Shown here piece by piece: positions 48,402-58,067 of a stretch of 64,000 bases of DNA. The notes under the pieces are model-generated. The model was not told where the DNA came from and made no database searches. It saw nothing but the letters and a program-made list of their open reading frames with translations. Origin of the DNA: Candidatus Latescibacterota bacterium (lineage in GTDB: Bacteria; Latescibacterota; UBA2968); the NCBI GenBank assembly GCA_965204375.1, contig OZ241986.1, positions 6,240,001 to 6,304,000 on the forward strand, in the 5' to 3' direction. A program made the translations under genes and the position numbers. Position 1 is the first letter of the stretch. Every line of letters starts with the position of its first letter.

Positions 48402-50090
48402 TTACGCACCGGCCCGTGCAGAAGTTCCCGAGCGATAATTGCTATTGCGCCCGCGTCGTCCGTAGCGTCTTCCCCGGCTGCGCGGGATGCGTTTGCCAGA
48501 GCGACCAGCCCAATCTGTGGCGATTATTTGTCTAATCACCGTGATCTGAACCTCGCCTGGATAGGTCATTTCCTCGCGAATCCGCTCAGCAATTGCAAAG
48601 GACAGATCTTTGGCCTGTTCGTCGTTCACACGCCCGGCATTGACCAGTACGCGCACTTCGCGACCAGCATTGATGGCATATGCATCGCGCACGCCATCGA
48701 AAGATTGCGCCACCTCCTCTAAATCGCGCACTCGTTTGATATACCCTTCGGCATCGTCGCGCCGAGCGCCGGGCCGCGATGAAGAAATTGCATCGGCTGC
48801 TTTGACCAAAAACGAAAGCGGGGTAGAAGCCTCTGCCTCGCCGTGGTGATAAAAAATACCGTTGATAACCTCCTGGCCCTCGCCGTATTTGCCAGCCAGG
48901 TGCGCGCCAATGTCGGTGTGTTTGCCTTCGAGTTCTTGGTCCACGGCTTTGCCAATATCGTGCAGCAGCCCACATCGCCGCGCGAGTTTTTCATCCATGC
49001 CCAATTCTGCTGCCATTGCACCGGCCAGAAAAGCCACTTCTTTGGAATGCCCCAGAACGCTTTGTCCATAACTCGTGCGATATTTGAGCTTCCCGATCAG
49101 TTTGACCAGTTCGGGATGCACTGATTCAATGCCCAATTCGCGCACTGCCCGACGGCCTTCTTCAGAAATGAGCGAATAGATCTTTTTTTCGCAATTGGCA
49201 ACAACTGCTTCAACGCGACTTGGATTGATGCGACCATCGCGCACCAATTGCTCCATAGACAATCGCGCCACATCGCGCTTAACGGGATCAAAGCTGGATA
49301 AGACAACCGCCTCGGGTGTATCGTTTACAATGACTTTAACACCTGTGGCGGCTTCAAAAGCAATGATATTGCGCCCCTCTTTGCCGACAATCCGCCCCTT
49401 GATATGATCATCGGGCAATGTGACAACCGATATGGATGACTGAACGGTTTGATCGGTAGAACAGCGTTCTATTGCCTGTGCCAGAATTTTCTTGGCTTCG
49501 CGGTCGGCCCGTTCCCTGGCGTGATCGATAATTTCTCGGCCGATATTTGCAGCTGTCTGCCGCAGTGAATTTCGGATGTTTTCGAGTAGCATCTCGCGGG
49601 CGCGATCGGCATTCATGCCCGAAATACGCTCCAATTGCGCCCGTTGCTGATCGAGAGTATCGGTCAGTTCCAGTTCTCGTTTCTCCAAACGGACGGCTTT
49701 TTGATTTCCTTCTTGTTCCCGCCGGGTTAAGGTCTTTTCTCGCTGACTTGCAACTTCGGCCTGTTTTGCCAGGCGAGTCTCTTGTTCGTGCAATTCGTCA
49801 TTTCGACGATCTAAAGTACGCTGTTTTTGATCAAAAGACTTTTCAATTTCGGCCTTTTCTTCATACCAGCTATTTTTAATTTCTAAAAAAGCAGCCTTGC
49901 GATCTCGGTCTTCCTTTTTTGCGAGTTGGGTTGCGTGTTTCTCTGCCTGCTGTTCAATATCTCGCATCTTTCGATCTCTAATGCGGGTGCCAACAAACCA
50001 CCCGATTCCAAACGTAATAAGGGCAATGGCGACTGCCAGATAGATGATACTGTTAGCTGCCATTGAAGCTCCCTGAAGTAGCATGTCCAT
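48402..50090 (-). CDS. rny: Ribonuclease Y
   Basis: N-terminal TM, coiled coil, KH KGRIVGKEGRNI, RTSYGQ, LLHDIGKA, SRPGAR, YPG. Confidence 0.95.
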   Translation of the reverse strand: MDMLLQGASMAANSIIYLAVAIALITFGIGWFVGTRIRDRKMRDIEQQAEKHATQLAKKEDRDRKAAFLEIKNSWYEEKAEIEKSFDQKQRTLDRRNDELHEQETRLAKQAEVASQREKTLTRREQEGNQKAVRLEKRELELTDTLDQQRAQLERISGMNADRAREMLLENIRNSLRQTAANIGREIIDHARERADREAKKILAQAIERCSTDQTVQSSISVVTLPDDHIKGRIVGKEGRNIIAFEAATGVKVIVNDTPEAVVLSSFDPVKRDVARLSMEQLVRDGRINPSRVEAVVANCEKKIYSLISEEGRRAVRELGIESVHPELVKLIGKLKYRTSYGQSVLGHSKEVAFLAGAMAAELGMDEKLARRCGLLHDIGKAVDQELEGKHTDIGAHLAGKYGEGQEVINGIFYHHGEAEASTPLSFLVKAADAISSSRPGARRDDAEGYIKRVRDLEEVAQSFDGVRDAYAINAGREVRVLVNAGRVNDEQAKDLSFAIAERIREEMTYPGEVQITVIRQIIATDWAGRSGKRIPRSRGRRYGRRGRNSNYRSGTSARAGA

Positions 50091-50359
50091 TGGAGCCTCC
50101 TGTCAAAATTCAAATCCGGTTTTATATCCAGAACGCAGGTGCAGAAGATATCTTCAAGCTTCTGCACAAACTGCGCCGATGCGTATAACGCACCGCAAAA
50201 TATGTAAAAAATAGACGTCATGCGTTTTTGTTCCTCAGAAGCTGTCTTAAATCGATAGAGGGATTATGTAGTTAACCCAAATATTTTAAGGGACCCAAAA
50301 GGGAGGAATCGCGAGACGACCCCTCCCTTCTGCACACCGGCATTTCTACAAAGCGATGT

Positions 50360-50686
50360 TCAAACGCTGAACGATTCTCCACAGCCACACTGATTTTTGG
50401 CATTGGGATTGTTAAATCGAAATCCCGTTCCCATCAAGCCATCGTCGTAGTCCAGTTCCGTGCCTGTCAAAAAGAGCGCGCTTTTCATATCGATAAAAAC
50501 TCGAATGCCATAGGCTTCGATTACGCTGTCATCTGTGCGGGTTGTCTCATCGAAATCGAGCTGATATTGAAGGCCAGAACATCCGCCGCCGATCACTTTC
50601 AGGCGCAAACCATGATCTTCGGGACGTCCGTCTCGGTCCATGAGTTCTTTGATTTTGCCCGCTGCTGTTTCTGTGACGCGAACCAT
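50360..50686 (-). CDS. A-type Fe-S carrier (IscA/ErpA, HesB family)
   Basis: GGGCSG, NPNA..CGCGESF. Confidence 0.93.
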   Translation of the reverse strand: MVRVTETAAGKIKELMDRDGRPEDHGLRLKVIGGGCSGLQYQLDFDETTRTDDSVIEAYGIRVFIDMKSALFLTGTELDYDDGLMGTGFRFNNPNAKNQCGCGESFSV

Positions 50687-50697
50687 AACTGCCTCCA

Positions 50698-51177
50698 TTA
50701 ACTCAACGCTTGCAGACACGCTTTGATCGCATCAAAATCGGGCAACTCGGTTGGATCGTCGGACACAGAAACAAAGCGCACCACACCGCTTTTATCTACG
50801 ACAAAAGCAGAACGCTTTGCCACGCCCTTAAATCCAATCAGGTCTTCGAATTGCGATCCATAAGCCGCGCTGACTTCTTTGTTGAAATCGCTGAGCAGGG
50901 GAATGGTAATACCTTCTTTCTCTGCCCATGCTTCCTGGGCAAAAGGACTATCTACACTGATGCCCAAAACCTGTGCATCAAGTGCGTCGTAATCGGCCAA
51001 ACCACCGCTGACCGAACACATTTCATCGGTACAGACGCCGGTATAAGCGAGTGGAAAAAACAAAATCACGACATTTTTGCTATCTCTGTAATCGCTCAGA
51101 GAAATATCGTTCATATCGTCACCAGATTTTGATTTCAGCGTAAAATCTGGTGCCTGGTCACCTACAGTAATACCCAT
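50698..51177 (-). CDS. Peroxiredoxin (AhpE/BCP-like)
   Basis: GDQAPDF, FFPLAYTGVCTDEMC, GISVDS, LLSDFN. Confidence 0.9.
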   Translation of the reverse strand: MGITVGDQAPDFTLKSKSGDDMNDISLSDYRDSKNVVILFFPLAYTGVCTDEMCSVSGGLADYDALDAQVLGISVDSPFAQEAWAEKEGITIPLLSDFNKEVSAAYGSQFEDLIGFKGVAKRSAFVVDKSGVVRFVSVSDDPTELPDFDAIKACLQALS

Positions 51178-51199
51178 TTCTCATATCCTTTGGAAAAAC

Positions 51200-51808
51200 T
51201 TATAGCGCAGCTTCGTAACGGCGGTTGACTTCGTCCCAATTAATTGTATTGGTCCAGGCTTCAATATAATCGGGACGCAAATTCTGATACTTGAGATAAT
51301 AAGCGTGCTCCCACACATCGAGGCCGAGAATGGGCGTTCCGTCACCTGTCATGATCGGATTATCTTGATTGGCAGTGCTCAAAATATCGAGTTTGCCGTC
51401 TTTGACTACGAGCCAGGCCCACCCACTTCCAAAGCGCGTTGTTGCAGCGGTGACAAATGTTTCCTTTGCAGCTTCCACGCCGCCCAAATCGGCGGCAATG
51501 GCTTCGGCGACTGCGCCTGTTGGCCCACCACCATTGGGACTCATAATTGTCCAGAACAAACTGTGGTTGGCATGGCCGCCGCCGTTGTTTTGAACAGCTG
51601 TGCGGATATCTTCTGGCACGCTGTCCAGATTGGTGATCAAACTCTCGATAGACTGATTTGCCAGGTCATCGTGTCCTTCAAGTGCGGCATTGAGGTTGGT
51701 CACGTAGGCATTGTGGTGTTTGGAATGGTGAATTTCCATCGTCCGGGCGTCAATGTGTGGCTCGAGTGCATCATAAGCATAGGGTAAGTCGGGCAATTCG
51801 TATGCCAT
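51200..51808 (-). CDS. sodA: Mn/Fe superoxide dismutase
   Basis: [33 protein letters not shown]. Confidence 0.92.
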   Translation of the reverse strand: MAYELPDLPYAYDALEPHIDARTMEIHHSKHHNAYVTNLNAALEGHDDLANQSIESLITNLDSVPEDIRTAVQNNGGGHANHSLFWTIMSPNGGGPTGAVAEAIAADLGGVEAAKETFVTAATTRFGSGWAWLVVKDGKLDILSTANQDNPIMTGDGTPILGLDVWEHAYYLKYQNLRPDYIEAWTNTINWDEVNRRYEAAL

Positions 51809-51858
51809 TTTGAAACTCCTTGTTTAGAGATGAATAGCGTTACTGAGTCGGAAGTCAA

Positions 51859-51887
51859 AATATAATGAACTCCCATAAGGGCGTCAA
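51859..51887 (-). promoter_or_regulatory. Sigma70 promoter of sod-prx-iscA
   Basis: TTGACG-17 bp-TATATT on the minus strand. Confidence 0.6.
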
Positions 51888-51956
51888 GTCCTTATACAAG
51901 TCGTTTATTTTATATAACACAAATACTTACAATAAGTTGATATATATCTGGAAAAA

Positions 51957-52811
51957 TCATTTGACGCGAACCAGCGCGTTGTCTATCAGACGTGCATTGC
52001 CAAAACGCACAGCCACGGCCAGCAAAATGGAATCTTTTAGCTCTGTAACGGGCGTGAGGTCTTTTGCATCTACGGCTTCGATATAGTCGATTTCTGCACA
52101 GTGCTGAGGTTCAATGACATCGCGCATAGCTTCAATGACCCTTTGGGCGCGCCTTTCGCCCTGAGCGATCATTTTTTGTCCTACCATCAATGCGCGGTAA
52201 AGCGCGGGGGCTTCGCGCCGTTCTTCAGCGCTCAAATAAGCATTTCTCGAACTCATCGCCAATCCGTCTGCTTCGCGCACTGTGGGAGCCATCAGTATCT
52301 CCACATCCAGGTTGAGATCGCGCACCAGGCGTTGAATAACTATTGTTTGCTGCGCGTCTTTTTGTCCAAAGACCGCCACATGAGGTTTTACTGCTGCAAG
52401 TAGTTTGGCGACGATTGTTGTCACACCTTCAAAATGTCCCGGACGACTTGCACCACAAAGTCCTTCGGTCAGCTTTGCCACGCGCACCGATGTCGCAAAA
52501 TCTCCGGGATATATTTCTTTTTCCTCGGGCAAGTATGCGAGATGCACGCCGTGCTGGTCGATCAGTTCCAGGTCCCGATCAATGTCTCTTGGATAGGCTG
52601 CGAGATCTTCGGCGGGACCAAATTGCAGTGGGTTGACAAAAATGCTCACCACAACCCGGTCTGTCACTTTTAATGCTTGGCGCACGAGGCTGAGATGGCC
52701 TTCGTGTAGATATCCCATTGTGGGTACAAGCCCGATGCGCAGACCGGCCTGTCGGATACGGTCCGCTGCGCGGTGCATCTCACGGACGGTTTTTATAATT
52801 TTTACGGCCAT
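51957..52811 (-). CDS. panC: Pantoate-beta-alanine ligase
   Basis: PTMGYLHEGH, SIFVNPLQF, FGQKD, GLAMSSRN, RLIDN. Confidence 0.95.
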   Translation of the reverse strand: MAVKIIKTVREMHRAADRIRQAGLRIGLVPTMGYLHEGHLSLVRQALKVTDRVVVSIFVNPLQFGPAEDLAAYPRDIDRDLELIDQHGVHLAYLPEEKEIYPGDFATSVRVAKLTEGLCGASRPGHFEGVTTIVAKLLAAVKPHVAVFGQKDAQQTIVIQRLVRDLNLDVEILMAPTVREADGLAMSSRNAYLSAEERREAPALYRALMVGQKMIAQGERRAQRVIEAMRDVIEPQHCAEIDYIEAVDAKDLTPVTELKDSILLAVAVRFGNARLIDNALVRVK

Positions 52812-52840
52812 CGCATGCTCTTGGCGAATCTGCGAAATAA

Positions 52841-52918
52841 TAGGGCGAAAATTTTTTCGCCCCTACACGCCCCTATACATCTGCGTTCATCTGCGTTCAT
52901 CTGTGGATTCGTCTATTC
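52841..52918. repeat. REP-like palindrome plus CATCTGCGTT decamer and octamer repeats
   Basis: TAGGGCGAAAATTTTTTCGCCCCTAC; CATCTGCGTT x2 then CATCTGTGG; ATTCGTCTATTCG. Confidence 0.7.
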
Positions 52919-53738
52919 GCGCTCTAAATCGGCGCAGTTCCGCGCTCTTGATTTTAAAACGGTGTCTGTCTTCTGGAAATCGACGCGACTTGATATCTGC
53001 GACATAGTCCGCAAATGCCTGATGCATCTCCCTTTTGAGATCGGTGTATGTTTTGACAAAACGATAATAACTTTTGTAAACACCCAGCATATCGTGTGCA
53101 ACCAGCACCTGTCCATCGCATACGCGTCCGGCGCCTATTCCAATGGTTGGCATGGACAACCGTTTGGTCACGACTTCGGCAATGCGCTCGGGCACGCATT
53201 CTAAAACCACGGCCAGCGCGCCGGCAGACGCCAGTGCATCGGCATCTTTCAGGACGTCGAGAGCTTCTTCGGCGCGGTCGCCAAACACAGGACGCTTACC
53301 CGTGCGCGTTTGAGGCGTGTAGCCAACATGCCCCACTACGGGGATACCCTCGGCGACGAGCGCCTCGACCTGGGGCGTTATATTGCGCCCTCCCTCGAGT
53401 TTAACCACTTCGGTGCCAGCGGAAACCAATTGTCGCGCATTTTCTATTGCTTGCTCCGGCGTTTCGTAAGCTCGATAGGGTAAATCCGCCATCAACAGAG
53501 CACTCACGACTCCGCGCCGCACTGCGCGCGTGTGGTGGAGCATATCATCCATTGTCACCTGCTGCGGGCTTTTATATCCCAACACATTGACGCCAACGGA
53601 GTCTCCCACAAAAATGACATCGACCCCGGCAGCATCCTGAAAAATAGCTGTGGGATGATCGTAACAGGTCAACATCGCAATGGGTTCGCCTCGTTGTTTC
53701 ATCAGCGCGAGGGTTTCTGGTTTTACGCGCGATCCCAT
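52887..53738 (-). CDS. panB: 3-methyl-2-oxobutanoate hydroxymethyltransferase
   Basis: MLTCYD, VGDS, VKLEGG, IGIGAG..CDGQVLV. Confidence 0.95.
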   Translation of the reverse strand: MGSRVKPETLALMKQRGEPIAMLTCYDHPTAIFQDAAGVDVIFVGDSVGVNVLGYKSPQQVTMDDMLHHTRAVRRGVVSALLMADLPYRAYETPEQAIENARQLVSAGTEVVKLEGGRNITPQVEALVAEGIPVVGHVGYTPQTRTGKRPVFGDRAEEALDVLKDADALASAGALAVVLECVPERIAEVVTKRLSMPTIGIGAGRVCDGQVLVAHDMLGVYKSYYRFVKTYTDLKREMHQAFADYVADIKSRRFPEDRHRFKIKSAELRRFRARIDESTDERR

Positions 53739-53741
53739 AGG

Positions 53742-54395
53742 TCAAGTCCGCCTCGTTTTGCCAGCTTCCATGTGCGCTGGTCGATAATAACGGGTTCCGG
53801 ACGGAGGCGATTTAATTTGTGCCAATAAATCCTCTAAGTGTTCCGGACGGTTTTCAAAATCGACCTCCGACACATTAACTGCGAGCAGCGGTGTTATCGA
53901 ATAATGAAAGAAAAAATGGTTATAAGCTTCCAATAACTTCGAGATGTATTCTTTTGTTATCTCTCTTTCATATCCACGCTCGTGGCGTCTTATACCCCGC
54001 ATCAGATGATTGACTGTGGTTTGTAAATAAATCACCAGGTCTGGACGGGGAAGTTTTTCGCTCAATGTCTCGGCCAGCCGCTCATAGAGCGCAAATTCCG
54101 TATCATTGAGTGTCACGTTGGCGTAGATGCGATCTTTTTCAAAAATAAAATTGCTGACCACGGCTTCTTCAAATAAATCCATCTGATGCAGTTCTTGTTG
54201 CTGTCGATAGCGGCTTAGCATAAAAAAGACCTGGGTTTGAAAGCCATATTGATCGGGAGCCTCGTAGAACAAAGGCAAAAAGGGATTTTCTTCGGGTTCT
54301 TCGAGCATCAGGCGGGCATTTAGACGACGTCCCAAAAGGCGAGCCAAACGCCTTTTGCCCACACCTGTTGCTCCTTCAATGGCTATATATCGCAA
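53742..54395 (-). CDS. Deoxynucleoside kinase
   Basis: IAIEGATGVGK, ENPFL..FY, PDLVIYL. Confidence 0.9.
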   Translation of the reverse strand: MRYIAIEGATGVGKRRLARLLGRRLNARLMLEEPEENPFLPLFYEAPDQYGFQTQVFFMLSRYRQQQELHQMDLFEEAVVSNFIFEKDRIYANVTLNDTEFALYERLAETLSEKLPRPDLVIYLQTTVNHLMRGIRRHERGYEREITKEYISKLLEAYNHFFFHYSITPLLAVNVSEVDFENRPEHLEDLLAQIKSPPSGTRYYRPAHMEAGKTRRT

Positions 54396-54412
54396 TGCTA
54401 AATCCCCTGGCC

Positions 54413-54916
54413 TTATTTTTTTATGATCAAATTGAATCCTTCAATTTTTCGCACGGGCAAATTCCTGCCCAAAGACTCAGTCAAAAATTGAATCGATTGA
54501 CCCAGGACGGGGTGTTTGAGGTCGGGTTTGAGGTCGCAAAGCGGCACCAGGACGAATGCGCGCTCGTGTAAGTGTGGGTGTGGCACCTGCAAGCCCGGCT
54601 GGTTGATGACGGCATCGCCATAGAGTAAAATATCGAGGTCCAGTGTGCGCGGGCCCCATCGCGTCTCGCGCAGACGACCAAATTTGCGCTCAATTGCCAA
54701 TAGACAATTCAATAAACTTCGCGCAGAGAGACTGGTATGGACTTGCAGAACTGCATTGAGAAAATACGGCTGGTCAACGACACCTATCGGAGCGGTTTCA
54801 TAGACAGCAGAGGCAGCGATAATGGCGATTTCGGGTTTTGCATTTAGGATACCCGTCGCGTCCTGGAGCGTTTTTTCTCGATCTCCCAAATTCGCGCCAA
54901 TGCCAATGTAGATCAC
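54413..54916 (-). CDS. folK: 2-amino-4-hydroxy-6-hydroxymethyldihydropteridine diphosphokinase
   Basis: GIGANLGD, WGPRTLDLDIL, VPHP..HERAFVL. Confidence 0.95.
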   Translation of the reverse strand: MIYIGIGANLGDREKTLQDATGILNAKPEIAIIAASAVYETAPIGVVDQPYFLNAVLQVHTSLSARSLLNCLLAIERKFGRLRETRWGPRTLDLDILLYGDAVINQPGLQVPHPHLHERAFVLVPLCDLKPDLKHPVLGQSIQFLTESLGRNLPVRKIEGFNLIIKK

Positions 54917-55272
54917 GTTTCACGTCTCACTTCAACTTCAACGCCATCGAAATTGACGGATACCGGTGGGTTGGGTTTGCGAACTCGCACGAGGAGTTTT
55001 GACAATCCCAATTTCGACTGCAAAACGTCAGCGATGCGGTCCGCCAGGGCTTCGACAAGGCCAAACCTTTCTCCTGTTACCACTTGCTCGACTATTTTAC
55101 AGACGCGCGGATAATCTACGGACTGAGGCGTATTGTTGTGTGCAAATCCCCTGAAATTGCCATAGATTTCTACGTCAACTTCAAATTTTTGACCGAGTTT
55201 GGCCTCTTCTTCAAATAGTCCATGGTAGCCGTAAAAAGCCATATTTTTTATTCTCAGCACGTCATTTGTCAT
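54913..55272 (-). CDS. folB: Dihydroneopterin aldolase
   Basis: FYGYHG..EE..LGQ.F, VDY, LVEALA, RKP. Confidence 0.92.
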   Translation of the reverse strand: MTNDVLRIKNMAFYGYHGLFEEEAKLGQKFEVDVEIYGNFRGFAHNNTPQSVDYPRVCKIVEQVVTGERFGLVEALADRIADVLQSKLGLSKLLVRVRKPNPPVSVNFDGVEVEVRRET

Positions 55273-55317
55273 GGTGCTAATATTTACAATTCCATGTGTT
55301 AAGTCAAGGAGTTACTG

Positions 55318-55433
55318 GAAATAGACGAATAGACGAATAGACGAACCCCGCCCAACTGCCCAACTGCTTTCGTTGATTCGTTGATTCGTTGATGAACTGC
55401 TGACGCAGTTGTACCCCGTTCCGTTGATTCGCT
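55318..55433. repeat. Octamer-repeat hairpin element (GAATAGAC x3 / GTTGATTC x3)
   Basis: Opposed octamer runs; shares its core with 49-129. Confidence 0.75.
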
Positions 55434-55439
55434 GCTTTT

Positions 55440-56414
55440 TCACACAAATGGCAAGTTGACCACTTCGGCCTCTGATCCGTCGTCCAGTAGCACGCGCTGT
55501 CCTGCTTCGTGATAGCCCCGGCGGATGATGGCAAGGGCGATCACGCGATTGAAGTGGAGCGATTTCACACATGTCGTTACCCGTCCGACAGTTTTATCGT
55601 TGACTGTGATATTGCCACAAACAGGCGTATTGCCGCTCAATGACAAGCCGGTTAGATAGCGGCGGGGGCGTCCCCGAAAGTGCATTTTGGCGATTACTTC
55701 TTGCCCAATGTAGCATCCTTTGTCAAAATCGACTGCGCGATTTAAACCAGCTTCGAGGGGCGCGACTGATTCATCGATCTCGGCGCCATAACGGGGAATA
55801 CCAGCTTCAACCCGCAATATTTCTCCCACTTGCCAGCCGATTGGCGTTCCTCCGGCTGCGACGAGTGCCCGCCGCAATAGATCGGTGTGGTCTTGTGCTA
55901 TGCGAAGATCACAGCCCGGTTCACCCGTGTATGATCGCGCTGTGACCCAGATTGGGGTACCTTCAAATTCGCGTATAATCGTATGGTGTTCGGGGAGATC
56001 AGCAGGTATGCGCCCAACAACTCGACCGGCCAGCTCAAGGGCTGTGGGACCCTGTACCCCTAATATGGCCCAGGCGTCGGATTCGTCCGATAGTGTGACA
56101 TCATCGGCGATCAGATATCGGTCCAGGGTTTCAATCAATTTTGTCGCAAGTCCCGGTTCTGTTTCCATATAGATACAATCTTGTAAGCGGTGGACCCAAA
56201 CATCTAATAGCGTTTGTCCCCGCGCCGATGTGACTGCGGCGTAATTGCCCTCATTTTCGGCGAGGGATTCAACGGTATTGGTCACCATGCCGTGCAAAAA
56301 TCTCAGACAATCCGCGCCTTCTGCTCGCACTTTACCCCGCTTGCTGCGGTTGAATATCCCCGCGTTTTCTCGAACGGCACGGTACTGTGTTTCCACATTT
56401 CGATGTGATGACAT
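55440..56414 (-). CDS. ygfZ: YgfZ/GcvT-like folate-binding protein
   Basis: KGCYIGQE signature; LRVEAGIP. Confidence 0.82.
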   Translation of the reverse strand: MSSHRNVETQYRAVRENAGIFNRSKRGKVRAEGADCLRFLHGMVTNTVESLAENEGNYAAVTSARGQTLLDVWVHRLQDCIYMETEPGLATKLIETLDRYLIADDVTLSDESDAWAILGVQGPTALELAGRVVGRIPADLPEHHTIIREFEGTPIWVTARSYTGEPGCDLRIAQDHTDLLRRALVAAGGTPIGWQVGEILRVEAGIPRYGAEIDESVAPLEAGLNRAVDFDKGCYIGQEVIAKMHFRGRPRRYLTGLSLSGNTPVCGNITVNDKTVGRVTTCVKSLHFNRVIALAIIRRGYHEAGQRVLLDDGSEAEVVNLPFV

Positions 56415-56513
56415 ATATCCTATCCTCCTATTGCCTAATTGTGGTAATATCTATATACTTTGAAAACGCCGTTTTTGTCAAAGGATTCTTATTTTCATCA
56501 AAAGGAGATTCAT

Positions 56514-57482
56514 GTGAAAGCTATTCGCATATCGCAATACGGTGGTGCAGAAGTTTTGAGTTTTGAAGATATTGATGTCGCAGATCCAGGCGAGGGACAG
56601 GTGCGGATTACCATAGAAGCAGCGGGTGTCAATTTTATCGATACCTATCATCGCACGGGCCTTTATCCTCTGAATTTGCCGTTGACGCTGGGCCTGGAAG
56701 GCGCCGGCATCGTGAATGCGGTGGGCGCAGGGGTTTCGACTTTGACTGAGGGCGACCGCGTGGCATGGAAAAGTGTGGAGGGGTCTTATGCCGAGCAAGT
56801 TGTCGCAGCCGCAGCCGAGGTGGTCAAAATTCCCTCAGATGTCGCTACTAAAACCGCAGCCGCGGTGATGTTGCAAGGGCTGACTTCGCATTATCTGGTC
56901 AATAGCACCTATCCGATTCGAGAAGGCGATACCTGCCTCGTCCACGCAGCCGCAGGAGGCGTTGGTCTTTTGCTCGTGCAGATGGCAAAAATGCGCGGGG
57001 CACGGGTTATTGGCACCACATCTACAGAAGAAAAAGCGGCTCTGGCACGGGGTGCTGGTGCCGATGATATTGTTCTTTATACCGAACGGGATTTTGAAGC
57101 CGAAGTTCTGCGCCTCACAGATAGTCAGGGCGTCGAAGTTGTTTACGATTCCGTTGCCCAGGCCACCTGGGAGAAAAGCATCAATTGCCTCAAGCCGCGC
57201 GGTTATATGGTCTTTTTTGGCAATGCCAGCGGGCCGGTTCCGCCGATTGATCCCCTGCTTTTGTCGCAAAAAGGATCTATTTATCTCACGCGCCCGACGC
57301 TCAATAGCTACACGCAGACCCGCGAAGAATATCTCCAGCGCACCAGCGAGGTTATGGGCTGGATTCAAGACGGCAGTCTGGATGTGCGTATTGGCGAAGA
57401 ACATCCTCTTGAAAATACGGCCGAAGCACATAAACGCCTCGAAGGTCGGCAGACTACGGGGAAAGTGCTGTTGATTCCATAG
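56514..57482 (+). CDS. qor: NADPH:quinone oxidoreductase (zeta-crystallin)
   Basis: GVNFID, GLEGAG, HAAAGGVG, YDSV, RPTL; GTG start after AAGGAG. Confidence 0.88.
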   Translation: MKAIRISQYGGAEVLSFEDIDVADPGEGQVRITIEAAGVNFIDTYHRTGLYPLNLPLTLGLEGAGIVNAVGAGVSTLTEGDRVAWKSVEGSYAEQVVAAAAEVVKIPSDVATKTAAAVMLQGLTSHYLVNSTYPIREGDTCLVHAAAGGVGLLLVQMAKMRGARVIGTTSTEEKAALARGAGADDIVLYTERDFEAEVLRLTDSQGVEVVYDSVAQATWEKSINCLKPRGYMVFFGNASGPVPPIDPLLLSQKGSIYLTRPTLNSYTQTREEYLQRTSEVMGWIQDGSLDVRIGEEHPLENTAEAHKRLEGRQTTGKVLLIP

Positions 57483-57486
57483 TTGC

Positions 57487-57969
57487 ATGTGTATCGAGAA
57501 TCACACTACGCTGATACTACTCGTGAGGGGCGATCCCATAACCCATGTTTTGCTCGGCTATAAAAAACGCGGGTTTGGCGCGGGGAAATACACGGGTATT
57601 GGCGGGAAAATTGAACCCGGAGAAACGGTGCGTGCAGCGGCTGTGCGCGAAATGCGTGAAGAAACAGGCGTTGTAGTGTCGCCCCATGACCTTGTGGATG
57701 CCGGGCATGTGACGTTTTATTTTCCCACCCGTCCCAAATGGAGTCTCACGACCCGTATTTTTATTGGGCGCAGGTGGCAGGGCGAGCCGACGGAAACAGG
57801 GGAAATACGCCCCGTGTGGTTTGAAATCGATCACCTGCCCTTTGATACGATGTGGGATGATGCTACCTATTGGTATCCCTATGTGTTGGAACATAAGCGC
57901 ATCAGAGCGATATTTACATTTTCGACCGACTGCAAAACCGTCGCGACCAGCGAGATTGAGATGTGGTAA
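57487..57969 (+). CDS. Nudix hydrolase (MTH1-like 8-oxo-dGTPase)
   Basis: KKRGFGAG..GGKIEPGE..AAVREMREETG, MWDD. Confidence 0.85.
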   Translation: MCIENHTTLILLVRGDPITHVLLGYKKRGFGAGKYTGIGGKIEPGETVRAAAVREMREETGVVVSPHDLVDAGHVTFYFPTRPKWSLTTRIFIGRRWQGEPTETGEIRPVWFEIDHLPFDTMWDDATYWYPYVLEHKRIRAIFTFSTDCKTVATSEIEMW

Positions 57970-58067
57970 GCTGTGTGTTTTTTACTTGACTCTTGTGGTA
58001 GAATGTCTATATATCAGGGCGTTTGATAAACGAAACTTAACAAACTCTTCACTTTCTCTTTGATGAG

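Noticed and set aside
50091-50350. 6S RNA upstream of rny
   Set aside because: Only short local hairpins (GTGCAGAAG/CTTCTGCAC and a terminator-like AAGGGAGG/CCTCCCTT) are seen, with no long rod and central bubble and no zapA; cmscan would be needed to revive it
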